Assembly: GCA_964291625.2 (NCBI GenBank) | Contig: OZ220089.1 | Location: 1,216,001 to 1,280,000, forward strand | From: Candidatus Latescibacterota bacterium | GTDB lineage: Bacteria > Latescibacterota > UBA2968 > UBA8231 | Length of the DNA: 64,000 nucleotides | Direction of reading: 5' to 3' | Shown: piece after piece, positions 1 through 10,500 of the stretch | Numbering within the stretch: the first letter of the stretch is position 1 | How the letters are laid out: each line of letters begins with the position of its first letter | Program-made: the position numbers and the translations under genes | Notes under the pieces: generated by a model | Told to the model about the DNA's origin: nothing | Database searches by the model: none | What the model saw: the letters and a program-made list of their open reading frames with translations, nothing else

Positions 1-453
1 GGCCGGCACTACCGGCTGAGGGTTCTTCCGGGGGAGACGGGAGAGGCGAAGCTGCGGGGCGGGTGGCTCAACGTGCCGGCGCCGGCCGGGGCGGGGCAGC
101 GGGATCACGTGCGAGCGGCGCTGGTCGCGTGGATGCGGCGGCACGCCGCTGAGCGGCTGCCGGAGCGGGTGGAGATGTGGCGGACGAGGGCCGGGATGGA
201 GATGCCCCGGGTCGTGATCTCAGACCAGAAGAGGCGGTGGGGCAGTTGCGACCGCAGTGGGACCATCCGACTGAACTGGCGGATCATCCAAGCCCGGATG
301 CGACTGGTGGACTACGTGGTGGTTCACGAGCTGGTGCACCTGCGGCACCGGGGGCATGGGCGGGAGTACTGGCAGGCCCTCGGGCGGATCATGCCGGACT
401 ATGAGCGCCGGCGGGAGGATCTGCGGGGGCGGGGGGGCGGGCTGGCGTGGTAG
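1..453 (+). CDS. YgjP/DUF45-like M48 metallopeptidase, 5'-partial
   Basis: Frame open from base 1 (GRHYRLRV...), with RWGSC and YVVVHELVH zinc motif. This family often follows type I RM hsdR. Confidence 0.85.
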   Translation, partial: GRHYRLRVLPGETGEAKLRGGWLNVPAPAGAGQRDHVRAALVAWMRRHAAERLPERVEMWRTRAGMEMPRVVISDQKRRWGSCDRSGTIRLNWRIIQARMRLVDYVVVHELVHLRHRGHGREYWQALGRIMPDYERRREDLRGRGGGLAW

Positions 454-501
454 CGCCTATATTTGCCAGCTTTCGGGTGAAACGAATCGGGGAACAACGA
501 C

Positions 502-2271
502 ATGACTGAACAGACGATCGAAAGCCATGATATCACTGTTACCAGTGTATTTCAGGCCTTTTACGCAGTGCCTGACTACCAGCGCGAGTACGTCTGGGAG
601 ACCGAGCAGGTAGAGCAACTCCTAACCGACATCAACGCCGAACTCGCCGGTAACGATTCCGCCAGAGCATCCGAGTACTTCATCGGGAGCATCGTCGTTT
701 GCCCGGGAAGAGACGGCGTCTTCGAACTGATCGATGGACAGCAACGCATGACTACGCTTTACCTGACGCTGTGCGCCATTCGCGACCGAGCAAAGGAACT
801 CGGAGAAAAGCCTCCTGGTTCCCTCGATTCTCTGATTTCGGCAACATGGACCGATGCCTCTGGAGAGGATCACTTTCGGTTTCGCCTTGAACTTCAATAC
901 GAAGACAGTGGGGACATCCTGTTGCGCATCGCTCAGTGTACGCTCGATGGAGAGGAAACGTCCACACGTTCGATCGAAAACATCCGCAATGCCTACAGAG
1001 TAACGGGCGACTTTCTGAAGCGGGAGTTTGGGGAAGACGCAGCAGCGCTAAGAATCTTCTACGGATACCTGATCAACAAGGTTAAGCTGATCCGCATTCG
1101 GACGAAGGATGTCGCCAAAGCTCTGAAGATCTTTGAGACCATCAACGACCGTGGCGTCGGCCTCGACTCTATGGATCTTCTGAAGAACCTGCTCTTCATG
1201 AAAGCTGACCGCGACCAGTTCGAAAAGCTCAGGGTCGATTGGAAGGAGCTACAGGACGTCATATTTGAAATGCGGGAGAAACCGCTCCGCTTTCTCCGCT
1301 ACTTTATCTTCAGCCACTATGACGTCGATGTCCTACGCGAAGACGAGATCTACGGTTGGTTTGCAGAGAACGAGGAGATGTGCGGGTATGCTGCAGACCC
1401 CCTTGCTTTCGCAAAGGAGCTTCTCCGATCTGCCCGAGCCTACCGAAATTTCTTGGCCGGTCAAGATGAGAACGGTTCAAAGAACCCACACCTCGAGAAC
1501 ATGCAACTGCTCGGAGGAAGAGCCGCCCGGCAGCACTTGATCCTGCTGCTAGCTGGTCGCCACCTTAGAGACAGCCTGTTTGATCAGCTTTCCCGTGAAG
1601 TGGAGGATCTGTTCTTTGTGTACGTCATTACACGTGAGCCGACCCGGGACTTCGAGAGGGAATTCGTTCGATGGGCAGAGGAGTTGAGGAGAATCCACAC
1701 GGAGGCTGAGTTAGAGGACTTCATTGCCCATCGCTTCGCGGCTTCAAAGGCTGATCTCTCAATCCGCTTCGACGATGCAATGAAGCGTCTCCATGTCGGT
1801 TACGTACAGCAGTATCGCTTGCGTTACATCTTGGCAAAGCTGACACAGCACATCGAACTGCGGGCCTTTGGCGAAACTGAGGGTACGCGATGGCTGAGCC
1901 GGTTCACGGGAAGCGGTTTTCAGATCGAGCACATCTTCCCTGGTCAGCCAAGCGAAGAAGCGGCAGTAGAGTTTGGAGAGGTGGAAGATCCAGAAGTTAC
2001 CGAATTATTGGGGAACCTGGTCTTGGTTGAGGGATCGATCAACGCCTCCCTCGGCAATCGGCCCTATTCCCGAAAGCGGAAAGTATATCGGCAGTCCCAA
2101 CTCCTCTTGACTAGGTCTCTCGCCGAGCTGCCGCAGGTCGGGGCAAACACCAGAATCGATGCTGCTGTGGCAGGACTCCAGCCTTTTTCGGAGTGGAACC
2201 ATGCGGCCGTGACCAAGCGTCAAGAAGAGCTTGTGAAACTAGCACGGGAGGTCTGGCACTTGGACCAGTAG
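502..2271 (+). CDS. GmrSD-type (DUF262+DUF1524) modification-dependent restriction endonuclease
   Basis: PDYQREYVW, DGQQR and FETINDRG (DUF262); IEHIFP...LGNLVL..SINASLGN (DUF1524 HNH-like). Visibly lower GC than its neighbours. Confidence 0.9.
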   Translation: MTEQTIESHDITVTSVFQAFYAVPDYQREYVWETEQVEQLLTDINAELAGNDSARASEYFIGSIVVCPGRDGVFELIDGQQRMTTLYLTLCAIRDRAKELGEKPPGSLDSLISATWTDASGEDHFRFRLELQYEDSGDILLRIAQCTLDGEETSTRSIENIRNAYRVTGDFLKREFGEDAAALRIFYGYLINKVKLIRIRTKDVAKALKIFETINDRGVGLDSMDLLKNLLFMKADRDQFEKLRVDWKELQDVIFEMREKPLRFLRYFIFSHYDVDVLREDEIYGWFAENEEMCGYAADPLAFAKELLRSARAYRNFLAGQDENGSKNPHLENMQLLGGRAARQHLILLLAGRHLRDSLFDQLSREVEDLFFVYVITREPTRDFEREFVRWAEELRRIHTEAELEDFIAHRFAASKADLSIRFDDAMKRLHVGYVQQYRLRYILAKLTQHIELRAFGETEGTRWLSRFTGSGFQIEHIFPGQPSEEAAVEFGEVEDPEVTELLGNLVLVEGSINASLGNRPYSRKRKVYRQSQLLLTRSLAELPQVGANTRIDAAVAGLQPFSEWNHAAVTKRQEELVKLAREVWHLDQ

Positions 2272-2340
2272 CAGCCTGGAAGCTCGGGCACATGATTCCG
2301 AGTGGCTACCGCAACCAGTGCTGTGTCCCAGATGCCCCCC

Positions 2341-3330
2341 TCACCCATACACCACCTCCACCAGCGCCCGGATGTACCCGATCGCATACGCCTTCCCATG
2401 CAACGCCCCGAACCCCTCCCCGATCGCCGGCGTATGGTCCACCATGTAGGGCCCCTCAAACCCGTTGTCCCGGTACACCTCCATCGCCCGGCGCATGTCG
2501 ACCTCGCCTTCATCGATGAACACCTCCGTAAACTGCGGCAACTGCCCCCGCACGTTCCGGAAGTGGACCCAGGCGATCTTTTCGGCTGAGGCCATCTCGG
2601 CGATGGCGGCGTAGACCTTCTCCGGGCCCAGCAGCTCGGTCATGCAGCCCTGGCAGAAGAGCATGGAGTTGCTCGGGCTGGGGGCGATCTCGAAGAAGAT
2701 CCGGCGGAACTGCTCGAGGGTGGAGCAGATCTGGGCCACGCCGCCCAGGGGCTCGGGGATCGGGGGGTCGTCGGGGTGCAGGGCCAGGCGCACGCCGGCC
2801 TTCTCGGCGGCGGGGACGGCCGCGGCGAGGAAGCGCTCCATGCGCTCCCACATCTGGGCCTCGTCCACGGGGGGATCGTGCGGCTCGGGGCGGTCCCGGT
2901 CGAAGACGGCGTAGTCGAAGGTGCTGTATCTCGCGCCTCCTCTCCCGACATCGGAGGGGGTGCGGAAGTTGCCCATGGGCTTGAAGTTCCAGCCGACGCA
3001 GGGGATGCCGGCGCGGCCCACGCTCTCCACCATGCGGCACCAGTGGCCGATCTTCTCGTCCATGTCCTCCCGGGCCAGGGTGATCTCCTCCCAGGCGGGC
3101 ATGAAGATGTTGTTCAGCTTCAGGCCGTGGGCCTCGACCTTCTCCCGCGCCCGGGCCAGGGCGTCGGTGCAGTCCTTGCCGGCTCTCAGGTCCTGGGCCA
3201 GCGAGGTATCGGCCGCGTTGGCCACGCCGCCGCGCAGGTCCAGGTGGATGGAGTCGACGCCGATGGCGCGGAAGAAACCCAGGTGTCCGGTGTCGAGCTG
3301 GTCGACGGAGACCTGGTCCTGGATGTACAT
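2341..3330 (-). CDS. uxuA: Mannonate dehydratase family protein
   Basis: LALHPDDPP, FCQGC, VHFRNV, FIDEG and DHTP motifs. ATG at 3330 overlaps the upstream stop. Confidence 0.8.
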   Translation of the reverse strand: MYIQDQVSVDQLDTGHLGFFRAIGVDSIHLDLRGGVANAADTSLAQDLRAGKDCTDALARAREKVEAHGLKLNNIFMPAWEEITLAREDMDEKIGHWCRMVESVGRAGIPCVGWNFKPMGNFRTPSDVGRGGARYSTFDYAVFDRDRPEPHDPPVDEAQMWERMERFLAAAVPAAEKAGVRLALHPDDPPIPEPLGGVAQICSTLEQFRRIFFEIAPSPSNSMLFCQGCMTELLGPEKVYAAIAEMASAEKIAWVHFRNVRGQLPQFTEVFIDEGEVDMRRAMEVYRDNGFEGPYMVDHTPAIGEGFGALHGKAYAIGYIRALVEVVYG

Positions 3331-4235
3331 CACGCCACCGGGCGGTCGCGCTGGTTCTGCCCTCCGTAGCGGTAGCCGGGCAGGTTGTCGGCACACCAGG
3401 TCTCGCGGAAGAGGGTCCGGCGCATGGGCGGCATCTGCTCGACGAGCTCATCCGGCGGCGACCACGAGCTCCACCGGGAGCCGACGCTGTTGTAGAGGTT
3501 GAAGACGCCCACCCGCTCGTTGTCCGCATTCGTCCACGGCGAGGTGCTGTGGGCCAGGGCCTCGGTGAAGAACAGGACCGACCCGGCGGGGCACTCGTAG
3601 GTCTCCCACAGAGCCGAGTTCGGGTCCTGGATGGCAGCGCCCCCGGGGTAGGCGGCCTTGTGGCTTCCCGTGGCCAGGAGCGTGCCGCCCTGCCCCATCT
3701 TGACCGGGGTCAGCTCCCACACGACGCGGGTCAGGCCGCTGAAGGACTTGCCGGGAATGCTCTGGTAGTGGTGGGAGTCGACGGCGAAGCGGAAGAAGCC
3801 GCTGCCGTTGTGGGGGTTGAAGGCGCCCTGCCGCTCGGGCGTGGCCGCGGGGTTGCGCAGGTGGGCGCCCTCCATGCGGAACCCGTAGCACTCCGAGCTG
3901 GACAGGCCCGGGAAGGCGAGGAACTCGTTGAGGAAGCCCACCACCACCGGGTGGTCGGTGAGCTTCTCCAGCGGTCCGGCCACGTAGGAACGCTCGTGCT
4001 CCGCCAGCGACTCCGGCTGGTTCGTCACTCGCAATGCGTACTCGCGCATCGCCTCGATCTCGTCGTCGGCCAGCACCCCGGGCACCAGCAGCCACCCCCG
4101 GACATCGAAGAGGTACTTCTGCTCGTCCGTCAGCTCGACCACGGGCTCGCCGTCGGCGTTGTGAGTCGGCAGGTCGCCTTCTTCCACCACCAGCGGCTGC
4201 CCCAGGTTCTTGTCCACCACGTAGGCTTCGGTCAT
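3330..4235 (-). CDS. Phytanoyl-CoA dioxygenase (PhyH)-family Fe/2OG enzyme, HxG variant
   Basis: QKYLFDVRGWL, GSHK, PAGSVLFFTEALAH and distal Arg. GGAGG RBS before MTEAY. Confidence 0.8.
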   Translation of the reverse strand: MTEAYVVDKNLGQPLVVEEGDLPTHNADGEPVVELTDEQKYLFDVRGWLLVPGVLADDEIEAMREYALRVTNQPESLAEHERSYVAGPLEKLTDHPVVVGFLNEFLAFPGLSSSECYGFRMEGAHLRNPAATPERQGAFNPHNGSGFFRFAVDSHHYQSIPGKSFSGLTRVVWELTPVKMGQGGTLLATGSHKAAYPGGAAIQDPNSALWETYECPAGSVLFFTEALAHSTSPWTNADNERVGVFNLYNSVGSRWSSWSPPDELVEQMPPMRRTLFRETWCADNLPGYRYGGQNQRDRPVA

Positions 4236-4258
4236 CCTCCAACATCCCCTTTCGTGAG

Positions 4259-5368
4259 TCAGAACGTGATACGCAACAGCTCCACGGGAATCCCGGTCAG
4301 GCCCATGGCCGCCCATTGGTCCAGCGAAGGCACTGAGATCGAGACCCGGTCCGGCCCGGGGGTCTGGTCGCGTGTGAAACCGTGGGAATACCAGATGCCG
4401 GCGGCCGACCCGAGGATGTTCCCGAGGACGTAGGGCTGGTGCTCCTCCGAGTCGGTCAGCAACGCAACGCCGGTGCCGAAGAGGCTTCCCACGTAGGCGC
4501 CGAGGATGATCCATCTTGCGCGGCCGGGCGTGTACTCCTCCTCGCCCGTCCACCGGTGACCGAGGTAGGTCCCCAGGGGCGCGCCGACCATGGCGGCCAG
4601 GACATGGGCCCGCGGATTCTCCACGTCGCCGAGGCTGAGGACGCCGCTCGCATAGCCGGCGCCGACGACTCCCCCCAGGGAGAGCAGATGGGCCCGGCCC
4701 TGGCTGAGCGATCGGCCGCGCAACCATTCGGTGGTCGCCCACACACCCGCGGGCGTAGCCACCATGGCGGAGGCGACGTAGATGCGGGCCTGGGTCCACT
4801 CGTCGAGATCTTCGATGTCGAGGAGATAGGGAATGGCGACGCCGTAGAGCCCGCCGGTCACGCCGCCGGCGATCATCAGGTCCGTCTCGCCCCTCTCGAA
4901 CCAGCGGTGGGAGCTGAGTCCGTAGGCGAGCAGTCCGCCGGCCGGGGTGCCGATCATGGCGGCGGCCCAGTAGGCCTTGTCGTTCTCCGACTTGAAGAGC
5001 ACGGGGACGCCAAGTCCGTAGAGGGTGCCGGCCCAGCTGCCGCCGAGGATCAGGAGGGAACGTCCGGCGCCGAGCCGGTAGTCGCGGGTGCCCTCGAGGG
5101 CCCAGAAGAACGAGCCGCCGCCGATCAGCATCTGCAGTCCGGCCACCCGGCGCTCGGACTCGACGTCGAGCAGCTGGATCGTCCCCGGCCCGTACAGGCT
5201 GAACCCGTAGATCGTCGCCCAGGTCACCATCCCCCGGCGGCCGGACCGCCGGTCGTCGGGGCCGGCCTGTTGCTCACCGGGACCGCCGGCATGCGCCTCG
5301 GCCGGAAGTCCGAGGAGGGCGAGACTCAGCGCCCAGGAGAGGGCCCAGGTGGTCGTTGTGTGTCTCAT
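4259..5368 (-). CDS. Hypothetical Gly-rich multi-helix membrane protein with signal peptide
   Basis: 369-aa ORF, AHA-type signal cleavage, repeated hydrophobic GxxxG segments, C-terminal Phe. Confidence 0.65.
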   Translation of the reverse strand: MRHTTTTWALSWALSLALLGLPAEAHAGGPGEQQAGPDDRRSGRRGMVTWATIYGFSLYGPGTIQLLDVESERRVAGLQMLIGGGSFFWALEGTRDYRLGAGRSLLILGGSWAGTLYGLGVPVLFKSENDKAYWAAAMIGTPAGGLLAYGLSSHRWFERGETDLMIAGGVTGGLYGVAIPYLLDIEDLDEWTQARIYVASAMVATPAGVWATTEWLRGRSLSQGRAHLLSLGGVVGAGYASGVLSLGDVENPRAHVLAAMVGAPLGTYLGHRWTGEEEYTPGRARWIILGAYVGSLFGTGVALLTDSEEHQPYVLGNILGSAAGIWYSHGFTRDQTPGPDRVSISVPSLDQWAAMGLTGIPVELLRITF

Positions 5369-5472
5369 GGGAGGTCCGGCTATCTTCGACGGTCGGCCAA
5401 GAGGCTGAATTAAACCGCCCCGCGTCCCGGGGAGAAAGTCCGGTCCGGCCGGTATTCCCGCCAGGAAAGCAC

Positions 5473-7578
5473 ATGGCCATTCCCAGACTCTTCCAACCCG
5501 TTCCCGACCTCGACGACCGAGAGCGCCGGCGCGGGCTGGGCCACATGACCCGCCAGGCCATCTGGGCGTCCGGGGCCGACGGCCTGGCCTCCGGCGGGTT
5601 CCTCGCCTCCTTCGCCCTGATCCTCGGCGCGTCCAACTTCCACATCGGCATCATGACGGCGATCCCCTTCGCCATGCAGCCCCTGCAACTGGTGGCCATC
5701 CTCGCCGTCGAGCGCCTGCGCCTGCGCAAGGCCGTGGCCGTCACCGCCTACTTCGTCACCTACGCCACGTGGGTCCCCATCGCCCTGCTCCCCTTCCTCT
5801 TCGAGGTGCCCGGCGCCGCGGCGGTTACCCTCATGCTCGTCTTCATCGGGCTCCGAGGCGCGGGCAACGCCTTCGTGAGCCCGAGCTGGAACGGCTGGCT
5901 CCGCGACCTCGTGCCGCAGGACCTCATGGGCGGGTTCTTCGCCCGGCGCCTGCGGGTGGCGACGATCGCCTCGGCCACCGCGGGGATCATCGCGGCCCTC
6001 TACATCGACTGGTGGAAGAGCTCCGGGCCGAGCGGCGAGGTCTTCGCCTATTCCTACGCCATGCTCTTCGGCAGCGTCGTGCTCGGCTTCGGGGCCGTCG
6101 GCTTCATGGCGCGCATGCCGGAGCCGCGGATGGTCGTCCCCGAAGGCGGCCGCCCCTCGGTGCTCGGCACCCTCGGGGCCCCCTTCCGCGACCGGAACTT
6201 CCGGCAGTTGATCCGCTTCCTGTTCCTCTGGAACTTCGTCGCCCACCTGGCGGTACCCTTCTTCACCGTCTACATGCTGACGAAGCTCGGCATGAGCCTG
6301 ACCTGGGTCGTGGGGCTGGGGGTGCTGAGCCAGGTCGCCAACGTCCTCTTCCTGCGGGTCTGGGGACCCCTCGTCGATCAGTTCGGCAGCAAGGCGGTCC
6401 TCTCCCTGTGCTCGTCCCTCTACTTCCTCGTCATCCTCGGCTGGACCTTCACCACCCTGCCCGAGAAGCACGCCTTCACCGTGCCCCTCCTCGTGGCCCT
6501 GCACATGCTCATGGGGATCGCCAGCGCCGGCATCAACATCGCCACGACGACGATCCGCATGAAGATGGCCCCCCGGGCCCAGGCCATGTCCTACCTGACG
6601 GCCGCCTCCCTGGCCTCCAGTGTCGGGGCGGGCGTCAGCCCGCTGCTCGGCGGCGCCTTCGCCGACTTCTTCAGCGTCCGTCACCTCGAGATCGCGGTGC
6701 AGTGGGTCGATCCGGTCCGCACCGTCGGTTTCCCCGCCGTCTTTCTCACCGGCTTCGACTTCCTCTTCGCCATCGCCTTCGTCCTCGGCCTCGTCACCCT
6801 CGGCGTGCTGGCCGGCCTGCGGGAGGAGGGCGAAGCGGAGAGCAAGGTGGTGATGGACGAGCTTGCGTCGCAGACCCGCCAGAACCTGCGGGTGCTGAAC
6901 TCGGTCCCGGGCCTGAGCTTCGTGGCCAACCTGCCGGTGGCGTCGCTGCGGCGGCTGCCGCCCATCCCCGGGCTCGACGTGGCCGTCGGCGTCACCGCCC
7001 ACCAGCTCTCCTCGACGATCAAGGCGGCCCTGGAGGGACTCGACTACGGACAGATGCGGGCCGGCGAGCTGACGGTGCGCGTCCGGCAGGGGGTGGAGGA
7101 AGCCGCCGGCGCGGTGGAGCAGATCGGCCGCCAGGGCGCCGAGGTGGCCACGGGCGCCACCGAAGGAGCGATGTGGGCGGCGGCGGACCTGACGATGGAA
7201 GTTGGACGCGCGGCGGAGGAGGCGATGCAGGGAACCATGGAAGCCCTCGCCCGGACCGCGGCCGATCCCCTCGACGCGCTGCGCGGCGCCATGCACGGCG
7301 TTATCCAGGGGGCGAGCGAGACCGGACTGCACGTGGGCCAGGCCGTCAGACACGCCGTCAAGGCGGCGCGCGGGGCGGCCGCCAACCTCGGCCTTTCGGA
7401 GCAGCAGGCGGGGAAGACGGCGGCCCGGGCCGCGGTGGAATCGGCCGCGCACCTCGGCCGGGAGACGGAGACCGAGGTCGCCGACGCCGTCCTGCAGGAG
7501 CTGATGGAGGATCCCGGCGCGCGCTCCGCCGGGGAGAGGGCCTCCGGCGATCGCCCGCAAGGGAGCCCCGGCCGGTGA
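5473..7578 (+). CDS. MFS transporter with long Ala/Gly-rich C-terminal extension
   Basis: About 12 hydrophobic segments and WGPLVDQFGSK (motif-A-like). AGGA RBS before MAIPRLF. Confidence 0.85.
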   Translation: MAIPRLFQPVPDLDDRERRRGLGHMTRQAIWASGADGLASGGFLASFALILGASNFHIGIMTAIPFAMQPLQLVAILAVERLRLRKAVAVTAYFVTYATWVPIALLPFLFEVPGAAAVTLMLVFIGLRGAGNAFVSPSWNGWLRDLVPQDLMGGFFARRLRVATIASATAGIIAALYIDWWKSSGPSGEVFAYSYAMLFGSVVLGFGAVGFMARMPEPRMVVPEGGRPSVLGTLGAPFRDRNFRQLIRFLFLWNFVAHLAVPFFTVYMLTKLGMSLTWVVGLGVLSQVANVLFLRVWGPLVDQFGSKAVLSLCSSLYFLVILGWTFTTLPEKHAFTVPLLVALHMLMGIASAGINIATTTIRMKMAPRAQAMSYLTAASLASSVGAGVSPLLGGAFADFFSVRHLEIAVQWVDPVRTVGFPAVFLTGFDFLFAIAFVLGLVTLGVLAGLREEGEAESKVVMDELASQTRQNLRVLNSVPGLSFVANLPVASLRRLPPIPGLDVAVGVTAHQLSSTIKAALEGLDYGQMRAGELTVRVRQGVEEAAGAVEQIGRQGAEVATGATEGAMWAAADLTMEVGRAAEEAMQGTMEALARTAADPLDALRGAMHGVIQGASETGLHVGQAVRHAVKAARGAAANLGLSEQQAGKTAARAAVESAAHLGRETETEVADAVLQELMEDPGARSAGERASGDRPQGSPGR

Positions 7579-10500
7579 GGTCCGCGCGGAAGCTGATGCG
7601 GCTGTCCCTCCCGGCGGCCCTGCTGCTGCTCAACCCTCTGCGGGTGGAGGCGGAGGAAGTCTCGCGGGACCACTTCCCCGGCATCGTTCTGGACGAGCCC
7701 ATACCCACCAGCTTCGAGACGGGGCAGGCCCTCTCCCTGTCGGGGCGCGTGGAGGATGACGGCATCGGCCTCGTGAGCTTCTCCTTCCGGCGCGCCGACG
7801 GCGGCAGGCAACTTTTCTGGGCCTGGGTCGTCGAGGGCCGCTTCGAGCGGGAAGTCGTCTTCCCCCACAGCGCGGCGGGAGAATTCGATCTGGTGGTCGA
7901 GGCCGACAAGGGCGAGGAGAGCCTGTCCCTGCTGGGACGGTTCGACGGCCTGCGGATCGACCGGGGCCGGGGAGCGATCGCGCTCCCCCGGCGCTACTTC
8001 CCCCTCGTGAACCTCGACCAGCCGCTGCCGACCCGCCTTGCCACCGGCGAGGCCCTGCACGTGGCCGGGACGCTGGAGGGAACTTCGGCGCCGGCGCACC
8101 TCCTCCTCCTGGTGGGGTCCGATGAGGAGACGTACTGGACATTCCAGTTCCTCGTCGAGGAAGGCCGGTTCGAGCGCACCATCGTCCTGCCGCGGGCAGC
8201 GGAGGACGCCTTCTACCTGGTCCTGTACCTCCTGCCGCCGGACGAGGACCCGGTAGCCCTGGATGGGTACTCCCACCTGGACATCACGGGCGGGGCCGAG
8301 CCGGTCGAGATCCCCAGGCTCTTCTTCAGCGGGATCGAGCTGGATCAGCCCCAGCCGGTGCGGTGGCCGGTGCGCAGACCCGTCCTCCTGGCGGGTGAGG
8401 TCCGTCCCTTCGTGCGCTCGTTCTGGCTGGTTCTGGAGCCGCTCGGCAGCGGCGGGCGCCGCCTGATCTTTCCCGGAGTGGAGGAAGGACGCTTCCGCTT
8501 TTCCGTGCTGCTGAGGGCGCACGAGAGCGGCCCGGTGCGTCTGAGCGTGATGCTCCAACTGCGGGACTACACGGTCTGGCCCGCCGGGGAGATCGTCATC
8601 GAGGGAGTCGCCGCACCCCTCCCGGACCTGGAGGTAGGGGTGCTGGCCCTGTCCCTGCTGGCCGGCGGCCAGGGCCGGGTCCCCCTGCTCAACCGGGGAG
8701 GCGCCGCCGTCGAGCTGGAAGCGCCGGAGGTGGAAGGGCCCTTCGAGGTCGAGGACCATCCCTCCACGCTGGCGCCCGGCGAGGCCGGGGAGATCGTGCT
8801 GAACTACGGAGGCTCGGGCGGAGACCAGGGTCTGCTGACCCTGGTCAGCGACGATCCCCTGCGGCCCCGGGTCTCGATCGCCCTCTCGGGGCTGGAGCCC
8901 CGGGAAGCGGCCTCCGACCTGGTGCATCTGCGGGCCGACGCCTCGGGTCGCATCGAGGCCGGCGCCGATCTCGAGGAGCGGGACCTCGTCCTCGCCCTCT
9001 ACGCGGCGCCGACAGGGCGCTTCGATCCGTCGAGGGCGTACGACGTCTCCCTCGACGGCTCGACGGCCCTGGCCCGGCCGGCGGTGGGCGCGCGGCCCGA
9101 CCGCCGGGACTCCGTCGACTACCGGGCGCGGCAGCTCGAGCGGACCCTGTCCCTGCGGATGCAGCAGCAGGGGCGGCCGGCGGCCAAGCCGGCGGCGGTG
9201 CACTACGAGGTCGGGGACAGCCGTGATTTCCGCTTCACCGGCGAGGGCCGGGTCCCGACGCACTCCTTCAGGGCGACGGCGGCAGCGGTCAACGATCTCG
9301 TCGTGGCCTGGATCCAGGACGACCTGCGGGAGGACGACGACAACATCGACGCGGGGCGGATGCAGGCGATCATCGACCAGTTCGCCGAGGACTACCCCCT
9401 CGTGGTGGAGACCTTCGGCGCCCCTTCCGACGTCGATGGAGACGGCCGGATCGCCGTCCTCGTCACCCACCTGATGCAGGATGTCGGCGCCGGCGGGCAG
9501 TTCCGCGCCTCCTCGCTGGTGCCCCGACGCGCGGGGGGAGACGGCAACGTGACCGATCTGCTCTGGACGAACCCGCTCGTTCCCGAGGAGTCCTACCGCT
9601 CCCTGCTGGCCCACGAGTTCCAGCACCTGATCAACTTCAACCAGCACGTCCTCGTGCGGCAGGGACTCAGCGAGGCCTCCTGGCTCAACGAGGGTCTGTC
9701 GCACCTGGCCGAGGACCTGGTGGAGGAGCCGCCGAACGACAACTATCAGCTCGTGCGGATCTTCCTCAGCGAGCCGGGCGCGGTGGGGCTGAGCAGGGGC
9801 ATGCTCACCCTGGCCACCCGCGGGGCGGCCTATCTCTTCGTGCGCAGCCTGGTCGACCTGCTGGGCGAGGGGGTGCTGCTGCGCCTGGTGCAGACCGACC
9901 GGGTGGACCGCGAGAACGTCGAGGCCGCCACCGGCGAGAGCTTCGCCGACCTGATGGCCCGCTGGGGGGCCCAGCTCTACGTCAGCGGCACCGGCCTGAG
10001 CGGCCATCCGAGACTCAACTACAGCGTCCCCTCCCTGCGGCCCCCGGAAGGGAGAGGGTTTCCCCTGCCGGTCCCGGTGACCTGGCGCTGGGGCGAGGAG
10101 CCGCCGGGGCTGGGGGTCCGGCCCTGGGGCCTGCAGTTCCTCCGCGTCACCGGCGACGGCCGCGGCACCCTGAGCCTGCAGACCGAGCCGAGGGCCCGCC
10201 TTGGGGCGGTGCCGCTACGGGTGCCCAGGTCCGCGCCGGACGCATCGATGGCCGCGGACCACTTCGCCGGGATCACCCTCGACTCGACGCCGCTCCTGGA
10301 GCTGGCCACGGGAGAGCCCCTGCTCTTCGAGGGGACCACCGCCGACACCGTCGAGACCATCCACCTGGAGTTCGTCCCCGAGGAGGGCGGCGAGCCGCAG
10401 ACCTTCTTCCTACTCGTCGACGAGGGGCGGTTCGCGCGGACCGTCTTCTTCCGCCACGACGAGGCCGGCAGCTACTCCCTCAACGTCTACGTGGTGGAGC

